Positions 53,309 to 62,724 of a stretch of 64,000 bases of DNA are shown piece after piece. This stretch comes from an uncultured virus (IMG/VR IMGVR_UViG_3300020519_000004) (lineage: Duplodnaviria > Heunggongvirae > Uroviricota > Caudoviricetes): the IMG/VR virus record IMGVR_UViG_3300020519_000004. One strand, 5' to 3'. A program made the translations under genes and the position numbers. Under the pieces are notes generated by a model that was given only the letters and a program-made list of their open reading frames with translations, had not been told where the DNA came from and ran no database searches. Numbering within the stretch: the stretch's first letter is position 1; each line of letters opens with the position of its first letter.

Positions 53309-54199
53309 ATGGCAAATATACTAGTCAATGATACTGTACGTCTAAAGGTTAAGTTCATTGACGTAGATGCGAATGGTAATCAGGTAGAAGTTTCTCCCGT
53401 ATCGGTTTCTATGAGCATAACGAATTCAAGTAATGTGCTAATAATATCAGCTACTCCCGCTTCCCTTAGTAGCTCTGAATTTTACTATGACTATACCCCA
53501 TCAGCACCTGGCACGTATAAGGTTTCTTTTAATGGTATTTTAGCAAATAATACTACGATTAGTGTTAATCAGCAGATATATGTGAGCACTCCGACAGAAG
53601 ATTATAAGCCAACAGTCTTCTTGAGAGAAGATGAAATAATAGCTTTTGCAGCGGATATAGAGCCATTGTATCTTGATCCGGAGCAACTCCTCCCGTATTT
53701 CCCTGACGCTTCCCTTTTGGAAATAGGTGAATTTGTACATAACTATTCTATAGAAATAAAGAATATATTTAAATTATTAGAAACTGAAGATGGAACAAAT
53801 ATTCCATTTACAGCATTTGAATATGTAAGAGCAGCCACCTGTTGTGAGCTGACAAGAGTTTATGGAAATGGCGGAGATGATGAGCTTTCGGTAAGGCTTG
53901 GCGATCTTTCGATAACTAACAAAAATTTACCTAGAAACACTTTAAGTAGAGCTAACGCTACCACTTGGTGTCAAATTGCAGCAATGCTTAGAAAAGAAAT
54001 GTTAACATCAAAAGTTGGAATGAAAGCAGTTCAACCAAAAGGTTTACCAAGTCTTCCAACAATTGGAGCCGGAAGAACTATGGATCCATATACCGGATTG
54101 TCAGTTTACTACACTCCAAGAGACCTATATGGACCAACTCATATCCAGTCGCCAGACCAGAATCCAATTCCAGAAAGAGGAATAAGGAAGTATGATTGA
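53309..54199 (+). CDS. Ig-like domain plus possible head-tail adaptor
   Basis: 296 aa; position before the sheath; SVRLGDLSIT. Confidence 0.55.
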   Translation: MANILVNDTVRLKVKFIDVDANGNQVEVSPVSVSMSITNSSNVLIISATPASLSSSEFYYDYTPSAPGTYKVSFNGILANNTTISVNQQIYVSTPTEDYKPTVFLREDEIIAFAADIEPLYLDPEQLLPYFPDASLLEIGEFVHNYSIEIKNIFKLLETEDGTNIPFTAFEYVRAATCCELTRVYGNGGDDELSVRLGDLSITNKNLPRNTLSRANATTWCQIAAMLRKEMLTSKVGMKAVQPKGLPSLPTIGAGRTMDPYTGLSVYYTPRDLYGPTHIQSPDQNPIPERGIRKYD

Positions 54200-54564
54200 T
54201 CCAAAACGCACATTAAGCAATATACTGCGTAGTTGGGGTCACAATGTATTAGTTCAAAAAGTACTAGATCAGAAAACTATGACCTATAGCCAAAAGATGC
54301 AAAGGTATACCGTAAGAGCTGTATATCCGGGAGCTCAACGGATTTGCTAATATACTAGAAGAAAACATACAAGGCTTAACCGTTAGCTCTGAAGTGATAT
54401 ATTATTTTCAAGATACAGCAAATATTAAATCTGGTGATAGAATATATGAAGACTATTCAAGTGGTCAGCAAATTTTTTTAGTAGACTTTTCTGCTCCAGT
54501 AAGAGGTAGAGGCGGAAAAGTAGTTTACTGGGTTGCAGGTGCGACTAGAGAAAGTAAAAATTAA
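54192..54564 (+). CDS. probable head-closure/neck protein; +1 shift at CGG 54339 (absent from ORF track)
   Basis: 123 aa joined; fills the gap exactly, stop at 54564 abuts ATG 54565. Confidence 0.7.
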
Positions 54565-56640
54565 ATGTTAAGAGTACACAATGGTCAGTTGGTAAAGTTT
54601 AGATTTGCCTTTTTGGTAAACGGTGAGTTCTACGACCCTTTAGATCAAGCTACTCCTGTAGATATATATGCAACAGTTTCAAGAGGTGATGGCAATATAA
54701 TTCATTCTTCTACTTCATTGATTAATACAAGTTATCGAATTATATCAATAACACCACCAACTTCAATAGTGAGTGGTCACATTTCGGCAACATTTACATT
54801 TGATGTAGATCATAAGTTAGCCGCTGGAGATACCGTAATCATCTATGGTGTTGGCGGTGGATATAACGCAGAGTACATAATCACATCTGCACCAACTACA
54901 AAATCAGTAATAGCAAGGACAGCTGCTACTACCTTACCAAGTTTATCAAGCTATAACGCCGCAAAAGTGTATGCAAGAGCAGCTCTCAAAACAAATTCTT
55001 ACTATGATAGACCATCAGGCTCTGAGTACGGCTTTTATTATAAAATTCCAGATACGCTTTTTGGCGGGACTTATACCGTCTCCATTCAATGTGCATACAA
55101 CGATAGAACTCAGGTAATTGAACATCACTTTGAAGTATCTAGAAGTCAAATTGGTAGAGTCGGAAATATAGTATATAAAAAAATAGAAAATGGAGTGATA
55201 ACTTTATCAACTGATATTGATCACAACTTATCATCTGGTGATCAAATTTCAATATCAGAAATAAGTGCAGCCTTTAACGGAAATCATTTTATCTCCTCAG
55301 TCCCAGCGAATAATAAATTTTCTATTAAAACAAATATTCCATTATCTAATGGAGAACAACTTACAACAGGAAAATATTCTGTCATCAATACAACTGGAGT
55401 ATCTAAAGATTTAACAGGACCAACAACTGGTGCAAGTATTTCGAAGAGACCAATTTTTGATTCACTAGAAGAATATTATAATACCAATTCAATATTATTT
55501 ATAGGTCATAGCGATGGAATCGAACTAAATCAAATTATAAAAATTAATTCAATTCAAGAAGCTACTAACCTATTGGGTGCAAATACTTCTTCTCCCCTTC
55601 TAAGAGGAATTCACGATGCGTTTAGTTGCGGAGCAAAGTCTATATTCATGATGGCTTCTGCGCCAATGTCAGAATATATTGATGATATTTCTCAAAGACT
55701 TATCGACATGCCAATACTTTTTTCAGCGGAAACAAATTCTAATGTAAACTTTTATGAAAAATATTATGAAAGACTAGCAGTAAGTTACGATATAGCAAAA
55801 GGGCTTGACTTCATTGACATAATAGTGCCACTCGAAACTTCGATGATAAATACTGGGTCTGTTGACTTTATAGCTCAACTAGCTGTTCATTGTTATTCTT
55901 TCAATAATGCTACTGGATATGTGCAAATGGGAATCATTGGTTCTAAAAATAATGGAACAAAAGACAGTGATGTTCAACTTCTAGAACAAAATACTAGACT
56001 TGTAAATAAATTTACCACTTACTCAATAAGTGGAGAAATAGAAAGTGATATAGGTAGATATATTATTCCCGTATACGGAGAATTAACTTTCAATCATATA
56101 GGTTTTGGAAGATCATATACGAGTTCAGCTGCAGCAGCATTTGCTGGAATGATGTCGTCAACTCCAGTCTATAATGGGATAATTAGAAAAAGAATACCAG
56201 GAGCATATTCTGTTTATGGTTCTAATTTATCTGGAGATTCATTAGCTAGGTTAGATAACCTCGGTGTCAATGTTGTGTACAGAACGCGCAAAGCACTAAG
56301 GGGTAATCCGTATGAAGTAAACATATCTAATGATTATACATTAGCTAATAAAAATAGCTCTTTTACAAAAGCTCCGCAAATGAGATTAGTAGCTATGGTT
56401 ATAACTGAAATAAAAGCTATAGCAAATGATGGCATAGGAAAGAACGCAGAAGATAAAGTAATTTCACAAGTTAAAGCAATGCTTGATACGCTAGTATCTA
56501 CTAGAACTATTAAGGATTATAAACTTCAATCATATGGATCTAAAACAGAAAGAGGAACTTTAATTTTTGAAATAAATTTAGTTTCTTCTCTTGGTTTAAA
56601 AAGTATTAATTTTTCCATAATTACAGGACCAGGAGCGTAG
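54565..56640 (+). CDS. tail sheath-like protein with N-terminal beta domains
   Basis: 691 aa; C-terminal sheath-like region (LDNLGVN, QMRLVAMV...) similar to 57557-58822. Confidence 0.7.
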   Translation: MLRVHNGQLVKFRFAFLVNGEFYDPLDQATPVDIYATVSRGDGNIIHSSTSLINTSYRIISITPPTSIVSGHISATFTFDVDHKLAAGDTVIIYGVGGGYNAEYIITSAPTTKSVIARTAATTLPSLSSYNAAKVYARAALKTNSYYDRPSGSEYGFYYKIPDTLFGGTYTVSIQCAYNDRTQVIEHHFEVSRSQIGRVGNIVYKKIENGVITLSTDIDHNLSSGDQISISEISAAFNGNHFISSVPANNKFSIKTNIPLSNGEQLTTGKYSVINTTGVSKDLTGPTTGASISKRPIFDSLEEYYNTNSILFIGHSDGIELNQIIKINSIQEATNLLGANTSSPLLRGIHDAFSCGAKSIFMMASAPMSEYIDDISQRLIDMPILFSAETNSNVNFYEKYYERLAVSYDIAKGLDFIDIIVPLETSMINTGSVDFIAQLAVHCYSFNNATGYVQMGIIGSKNNGTKDSDVQLLEQNTRLVNKFTTYSISGEIESDIGRYIIPVYGELTFNHIGFGRSYTSSAAAAFAGMMSSTPVYNGIIRKRIPGAYSVYGSNLSGDSLARLDNLGVNVVYRTRKALRGNPYEVNISNDYTLANKNSSFTKAPQMRLVAMVITEIKAIANDGIGKNAEDKVISQVKAMLDTLVSTRTIKDYKLQSYGSKTERGTLIFEINLVSSLGLKSINFSIITGPGA

Positions 56641-56641
56641 T

Positions 56642-57454
56642 ATGCAGTCTTCATTCCCATTCCCAGGTAGCTTTAATGCTGACCAAGCACCAGGCAATAA
56701 GTGGGAGCAATATACGGAAAGTAGAGATAGGCTTCGAGAGCAAGATCCTAAGTATTATAATGATACTGATTCAAGGAGATCAAAAGCCGAAGGAAATTTA
56801 ACCTATCTTGGATTTATCGAAGTTGTCAAAATGCTTTGGGAAAACTCATATCCAGACATTCCAATTGTTGCAACATTTGGAGGTAAGTTTGCATCTTACC
56901 CTTGTGTAGCCTATGGCCTTGAATTAAAGAGAGCTCATAATCAAGAACCCAAAATGCGATACAGAGATAAGGCTTTAGGTGAAGATGGTAAATATTACAT
57001 TATAGAAGGTCAGCGTTTTCAGAACGTTGTCTCTTTTACCGTTATGGTTGAAGCCAATGCTGGCCAGTTGTCAGGCGATCAACAACGATATGCTGGGGCA
57101 GAAGTAGCTGATAGAGTTATGGAAATATTTGAAGATTTTATGTTGGAATACACTCCAGTTTTTAAGAGACTAGGGGCATCGGAACTCGTATATGCCAGAA
57201 GGGTTTCGGATACCGAAACAAACATGGACCAAACTGATGTAGTTAAAAGAACAGTTACATATTTGTTAACAACTGAAAAAATACATGTATCAGCAGTTGA
57301 TAAGATTGAGTCAATTGTGGCCGATATACGCCAATGGGTTTCCTATGAAAAGGATCTAATAGAGCAGGCAGCTGCGACTCCTTCTTCGTATTACAATCCA
57401 GATATGAACATAGGTATTGTAGACTTATTCCAAAGTGCTACCCCGAACTCATAA
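56642..57454 (+). CDS. probable tail completion/terminator protein
   Basis: 270 aa immediately before the sheath. Confidence 0.5.
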   Translation: MQSSFPFPGSFNADQAPGNKWEQYTESRDRLREQDPKYYNDTDSRRSKAEGNLTYLGFIEVVKMLWENSYPDIPIVATFGGKFASYPCVAYGLELKRAHNQEPKMRYRDKALGEDGKYYIIEGQRFQNVVSFTVMVEANAGQLSGDQQRYAGAEVADRVMEIFEDFMLEYTPVFKRLGASELVYARRVSDTETNMDQTDVVKRTVTYLLTTEKIHVSAVDKIESIVADIRQWVSYEKDLIEQAAATPSSYYNPDMNIGIVDLFQSATPNS

Positions 57455-57556
57455 TATTTAGTAGAATACGTAAATCTAGTTAGTTTTTACAGGTACCCCA
57501 TTACTATATCTTTCGAGTTAATCCAAAAAATCCCTGACTCGGAGGTTAAGAATAAC

Positions 57557-58822
57557 ATGGCTCTACCAGGTGTAAAAACAATAATTAAAGACCGCTTCTA
57601 CAGCATCTCCCGTCAAGATAGTCCAGTCGGACCTAGAGTTGTGGTAATAGCAAAAAGATCAACAGCAGATGGAACGGGCAACGTTGCAGACCTTGACGTA
57701 GTTCAGTGTACAAATGAACAAGATGTCATCACTGCTTTTGGCGTTGATTCAGCTTGTCACAGAGCTTTTTTTGAGCTTGTTTCTGCAGGCGCAGAAAGAA
57801 TCTATATGGTCCCACTGCCAAATGATACTACATGGAACCACACTACAGCTGCGGTAACAAGTAGCAATTTTGGTGGTAGCGTTCTCGATGCAATGTTTAT
57901 TGCAGCAGAAGCTGCTCAGCCAGATATCATACTTCCTTGGGGAAGTGGTGCAAGAGCAGGACTCTGGGCAGCAACTCCTTCTGAAGCATTTTCTGCATCT
58001 GCCGATACAATTTACGGATTTCATGCAGACAACTCAGTAACAATTGGAAATAACTGGGCAGTAAAAATTGCTGATAAAGTTAAAGAAATCAATGAGAACA
58101 GTCATCCATGTTTCGCTGTTATGGGAACAAAGCCATATGTCGGCGCTAACGACGTAATGACTCCTGGACAAGTAACAACACACCTCGGCTTAACAACTCT
58201 TTCAGACAGAGATTCAGCAACAACATATAATGGAGTTGCTGCTAAGGAACTTGGAAGACACGTTGCAGTAATTGGTGTAGAGTTAAAGCCTGCAGGTTAT
58301 CCAGCGGCATGGGGTTATTCAAATGGTGCATCAGTATTAACTGCTGCAGTTAGCAGAATGGCTTCATACACTTCGACTATAAACAAGACAGTTTACAACG
58401 TTGCAGCGCTAAGATATAATCCTAGCAAAACAACCTTGTTGGCAATGACCAATAAGGGTGTAAACTCAATCATGTTAAACTTCAATAGAGCTCCAGTCTT
58501 CACAGATGGTGTAACATTTGCTGGTTCTAGTTCAGACTACACAAGACTGACAACACTGAGAATTGTTAACGAAGCAATGTTAGTTGTCCGTCAGAGCTGT
58601 CAGAAGTTCATTGGTCAACCTTCAACTATTCAAGTTAGAAACTCAATGGAAACCTCGATTACTTCATCCCTTAGAGGAATGCAGCAGTTGGGTGCCATCT
58701 TAGATAGCGATTTCAACATTAGATACATCGCTGAAGAAAACAAAGCACTTATTGACCTAGTTATAACACCTGCATTTGAACTTAGAAACATCGAAGTCCA
58801 AATGTCAGTTGAACTTGGTTAA
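57557..58822 (+). CDS. tail sheath protein
   Basis: MALPGV start, YTRLTTLRIVNEAM...FIGQP, ITPAFELRNIEV. Confidence 0.88.
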   Translation: MALPGVKTIIKDRFYSISRQDSPVGPRVVVIAKRSTADGTGNVADLDVVQCTNEQDVITAFGVDSACHRAFFELVSAGAERIYMVPLPNDTTWNHTTAAVTSSNFGGSVLDAMFIAAEAAQPDIILPWGSGARAGLWAATPSEAFSASADTIYGFHADNSVTIGNNWAVKIADKVKEINENSHPCFAVMGTKPYVGANDVMTPGQVTTHLGLTTLSDRDSATTYNGVAAKELGRHVAVIGVELKPAGYPAAWGYSNGASVLTAAVSRMASYTSTINKTVYNVAALRYNPSKTTLLAMTNKGVNSIMLNFNRAPVFTDGVTFAGSSSDYTRLTTLRIVNEAMLVVRQSCQKFIGQPSTIQVRNSMETSITSSLRGMQQLGAILDSDFNIRYIAEENKALIDLVITPAFELRNIEVQMSVELG

Positions 58823-58869
58823 TATCATATAAAAACACTGCAAATTTATATACCGATTAGGAGGGTAAT

Positions 58870-59559
58870 ATGGCAGGCGAATACTACGACAGTCCAGTAA
58901 ACAAGTATCTCAATACTTATACAACATTTTCTGGTGCTGATATTGTTGCCACTTTTGGTGGCGTTGAAATCGGAGCTCTTTCGGGAATCACTTTTTCGGT
59001 GACAAGAGAAAAGGCGCCAATTTATACAATGGGTTCACCAAACCCACGTTCATTTTCAAGAGGTAAAAGAGGTATTGCTGGTTCGTTAATATTCACAGTA
59101 TTTGACCGCCCAGCTCTGTACCAGATGCTTGAGACACATCATAACTCTTCTTCGGAAATGAAGTTTTTCACAAGAGCTCATAATACACTTCCTGGCGATC
59201 CAAGCCACAAGAGAGGTATTGCTGAAGTAACAAATCAAACAAGAGACGTAGTTAGCAAGACACCATACTATGCAGACCAAATCCCACCATTCGATATTAC
59301 AATCACATTTGTTAACGAATATGGCCAAGCTGCTGTTAGATCAATCTATGGTGTTGAACTGTTGAATGAAGGTTCAGGAGCTTCGATGGATGACATTGTT
59401 ATCGAAGAGACAATGACATACGTTGCTCGTGAAATTGGTCCAATGTATAAGATTACAACGGATAATCTTAACAGATTCAACTCAGATGACCTAGGTTCAT
59501 TAATCAGCAAAGATGCAGTGACATCTAGCGGATTAAACAGCGAGATAATTAGACCATAA
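58870..59559 (+). CDS. tail tube protein
   Basis: TFSGADIVA, SVTREKAPIYTMG, RGKRGIAGSLIF, PPFDITI. Confidence 0.85.
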   Translation: MAGEYYDSPVNKYLNTYTTFSGADIVATFGGVEIGALSGITFSVTREKAPIYTMGSPNPRSFSRGKRGIAGSLIFTVFDRPALYQMLETHHNSSSEMKFFTRAHNTLPGDPSHKRGIAEVTNQTRDVVSKTPYYADQIPPFDITITFVNEYGQAAVRSIYGVELLNEGSGASMDDIVIEETMTYVAREIGPMYKITTDNLNRFNSDDLGSLISKDAVTSSGLNSEIIRP

Positions 59560-59589
59560 TTATAATCAAATAAGTATAGTAGTAATTAG

Positions 59590-59636
59590 ATAGTGGAGGA
59601 CTTGGTGTAGGACCAATCCTCCACTATTTTATTTTT
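59590..59636 (+). terminator. intrinsic terminator
   Basis: ATAGTGGAGGA...TCCTCCACTAT followed by a T-tract. Confidence 0.85.
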
Positions 59637-59646
59637 AAGGAATAAC

Positions 59647-60420
59647 ATGGCATTTAACAAAGAAAATGTATCAGATATAGCGAATCTCACAACTATATCA
59701 TCAAGAAAAAATAGACTCTCCATCTATGAAGAGGGTGTAAAAGAATTTAGAAGAGATAATAATCTTCCAGATCCATTTTCTGATATGTCATTTTCTGGTG
59801 CAGATATAACAGCTACAATCATTATTCCTAAAATTGGAGAAAATGGATTCATTTCCAATGAAGGCGATGTGCTAGAAATGGCAGAGCTTCAAACAATATC
59901 CTATTCAATGCACAGGGAAAACTCTCCAGTAAGAACACTTGGCCATGTTAACCCAAGAGGATTTGTCAAAGGTGCTAGAACTATAGCTGGAAGCATGATA
60001 TTCACTCAGTTTAACGAGTACGCATTTTATAGAATAGAAAGTTATAGAAAAATTCTTTCCGATAGCAAGGGCTACTTTGCACCATTGGCAGACATGTTGC
60101 CACCATTTGATATTGTATTTACCTTCTTTAACGAATACGGCTTGGCAGCAAAAATGAAAATATTTGGTGTTACCCTTGTGGATGAGGGTGGTACTATGTC
60201 AATAGACGACTTAATTACTGAGCAAACTTATACGTATATGGCTAGAGGGCTACAGCCTCTGGTACAATTAGATACGGCTCGTGATGACCTTAGATACCCA
60301 GATGGATATCAAGCTCAACAAAACGAGAGATTAAGAATATCAACAAATGCTTTTGGAGATAGAGTCGAAGATTATAAGAATTTTATTGAAAGAATATATT
60401 CACCGCCTACAATCGTTTAA
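59647..60420 (+). CDS. tail tube paralogue
   Basis: FSGADIT, SMHRENSPVRTLG, GARTIAGSMIF, LPPFDIV. Confidence 0.8.
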   Translation: MAFNKENVSDIANLTTISSRKNRLSIYEEGVKEFRRDNNLPDPFSDMSFSGADITATIIIPKIGENGFISNEGDVLEMAELQTISYSMHRENSPVRTLGHVNPRGFVKGARTIAGSMIFTQFNEYAFYRIESYRKILSDSKGYFAPLADMLPPFDIVFTFFNEYGLAAKMKIFGVTLVDEGGTMSIDDLITEQTYTYMARGLQPLVQLDTARDDLRYPDGYQAQQNERLRISTNAFGDRVEDYKNFIERIYSPPTIV

Positions 60421-60429
60421 GGTTTAAGT

Positions 60430-61467
60430 ATGACAAGTCCATATAGAGCTATTCCATATAGACCATTTAGTGGCTATATTCCATACGAGGATACCGTCTC
60501 AACTAACCCTGGTTTAGGAAATAAGAACGGAACATTTGATCCCCTTAGTGCAGAATTAGATCTTTATTGGGCTGGTGGCAAAACTACTGGGGATCCTCGT
60601 TTTAGTAATTATTATGACTACTTTTTCTCCGGTGAAGATGTAAAAGTATATATCGATGGTTTGTTTGATCCAAAAGATGAACTAGATATAGCTGGATTTG
60701 GTTTTTTAATTAAACAAGAAAAGCAAGCAGTCTATGGATTCTGGTCATACAACTTTGATGCCATGATGAATGGATCCAGAATAATAACTGGTCAGTTTTC
60801 TTTATACTCAAGATACCCTAGAAGGATGACACACCTTCTAGAAGAGGCAGCAAGAGTTAGAAGCTTCTCTGCATCGGGTAAATCTGATAACTCTGGAGTT
60901 GTATCTGTTTTAAGATCACAAAATGAATCAAGAACAGATGAAGAAAACATACAGAAATATTGGGCCAATAGTCAGTTAGATAGAATAACTACTGATCCAG
61001 CAATAAGCACATCTTCAGCAGATGGCCAACATAACATCTTTAGCGCTCATCCTCCATTTAACTTCGTTATAGTCTACGGGGTAGAGGAATCCAGTTTGAG
61101 CCCCGTAGGAGTCACGGAGAACGCTTCTACGGCCTCTGTAGAGCAGAGAGACAACTTGGACAGGATAATATCTACTGATATCAATGAGCGAAAAGTTAAG
61201 ATGGCCGATAACAAGACCCCAATGAAGATTGTTTTACAAAATGTACATCTCATGCAAATGAGCACAGAATACCAAAGCGGAGGATCTCCTTTAATAGAGA
61301 CTTATAGCTTTGTGGCTAGGGACTTTTATCTTACAGAAGCAGAATCTGGCTTTAATCCATATACTGGTAAGACGTTTGTTACAACAGAGCCACAGGCTTC
61401 TAATGCTACAAAATCCGTGGTTGAGAGTCCATTGGTAAACAGGACTGAAAGTACTTTGCAAAGATAA
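60430..61467 (+). CDS. tail tube-like / baseplate hub protein
   Basis: FSGEDVKV, GSRIITGQF, HPPFNFVI, YSFVARD. Confidence 0.7.
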   Translation: MTSPYRAIPYRPFSGYIPYEDTVSTNPGLGNKNGTFDPLSAELDLYWAGGKTTGDPRFSNYYDYFFSGEDVKVYIDGLFDPKDELDIAGFGFLIKQEKQAVYGFWSYNFDAMMNGSRIITGQFSLYSRYPRRMTHLLEEAARVRSFSASGKSDNSGVVSVLRSQNESRTDEENIQKYWANSQLDRITTDPAISTSSADGQHNIFSAHPPFNFVIVYGVEESSLSPVGVTENASTASVEQRDNLDRIISTDINERKVKMADNKTPMKIVLQNVHLMQMSTEYQSGGSPLIETYSFVARDFYLTEAESGFNPYTGKTFVTTEPQASNATKSVVESPLVNRTESTLQR

Positions 61468-61526
61468 TAATTTTAATATATACATGATATGATATAATGT
61501 AACTTGAAACAATATAAGGAGAAATA

Positions 61527-62066
61527 ATGTCTGAGAAGAGAAAAGTTGTAGTTAGACAAGATAAAGAAATGGCAGAAGAAATTTCTGCTGATTCAGTTGA
61601 TATTTTTTTAGAAACCGATGAACCACAAGATGGTGACATCATTGTATCTGATTATTCAGATGAACAAATCCCTGTTGAGCAGGCCACAACAGTTGAGGAA
61701 TTAGCAGATGATCAAGTTATTTTTGATAACGGTCCTACAGCTGGACAAATCAAAGCATGGAAGAAACAGTACGGCGAAGTATATGTAACTTCTATTTCAT
61801 TCGATAAGCATATCATATGGCGTGTTCTTTCCAGAATTGAATATAAGCAGCTTGTTAAGAAGATGGAAACCCTAATGCAAGCTGGTCAGCTATCTAATGC
61901 AGAGGCAAATATGTGGAACGAAGAAGCAATTTCAGAACTTTGCATTTTGTTCCCATCTTATGACAAGCAAGCTCTCACCGGTGACATGGCAGGTCTTCCT
62001 TCTCTTATCTCACAAGAAGTCTTAGAAGCTTCTGGATTCGTCGCCTTAGAGGTTAGACAACTCTAA
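61527..62066 (+). CDS. tail assembly chaperone
   Basis: IKAWKKQYGEVY...WRVLSRIEY; position after the tube genes. Confidence 0.65.
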   Translation: MSEKRKVVVRQDKEMAEEISADSVDIFLETDEPQDGDIIVSDYSDEQIPVEQATTVEELADDQVIFDNGPTAGQIKAWKKQYGEVYVTSISFDKHIIWRVLSRIEYKQLVKKMETLMQAGQLSNAEANMWNEEAISELCILFPSYDKQALTGDMAGLPSLISQEVLEASGFVALEVRQL

Positions 62067-62067
62067 G

Positions 62068-62701
62068 ATGTTAGATGCAGGAATTCTTTTTGAGCTAAAG
62101 AAAAAACACGGTTCAATATTTCAAACAGAAATAAAACGGATCTGAGATAGTATTTAAAGAGCTAAGTTTTTCTGAGTTTGATAAAGTTGCAGCGTACAAG
62201 AGTACAGCTGGTATGTCGTCTGCTGACGCAGAAGATGAAATTATTAAAGCCTCTGTAGTTTATCCTGAAGACTTTGATTTAAATAAATTTCCGCCTGGAG
62301 CCATAAGTTCTTTAGCTGAGCAGATAGTCGAATTTTCTGGCTTCGCATCAGCACGCACGGCTAAACGAATTTTAGAAGAAAAAAGAGTAGTAGCTAATCA
62401 CGTTAGAGGCTTAATGAAAGCCTTTGTTCTGGCTACTATACATACAGATACTCCAGAATTTCTAGATTCGCTAACCTATTCAAAGCTAGCGGAAAGAGTT
62501 GCATTAGCAGAAAAGATAATTGAAGTCCAGCAAGCAATTGCTGGAATAGAATCTACTAACGTATCTCTATCCCTGATAGATCCTCAGGAAGAAAGAGAAA
62601 AAGAGAATCTATCAGCAGCTAGGCACAATGCATCTAAGGTTGAAGGATCTGCAACATATAGTGACCCCATTGCTCAAAAACTATGGGGTATGAGCAGGTA
62701 A
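62068..62701 (+). CDS. second tail chaperone paralogue; +1 shift at CGG 62137
   Basis: LKKKHGSIFQTEIK[G]SEIVFKELSFSEF aligns with the preceding chaperone only across the shift; 210 aa. Confidence 0.7.
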
Positions 62702-62724
62702 GATAGGATAAGAGGGGGTGACCA

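Noticed and set aside
13904..61642. Minus-strand ORFs inside structural genes (e.g. 13904, 16037, 17948, 30159, 34425, 35530, 41060)
   Set aside because: They are antisense shadows of well-supported plus-strand genes and have no recognisable motifs.
61527..62701. Classical lambda G/GT -1 tail-chaperone frameshift
   Set aside because: The two chaperones have separate stop and start codons (TAA 62064-62066, ATG 62068); the break in the second is a CGG +1 site.
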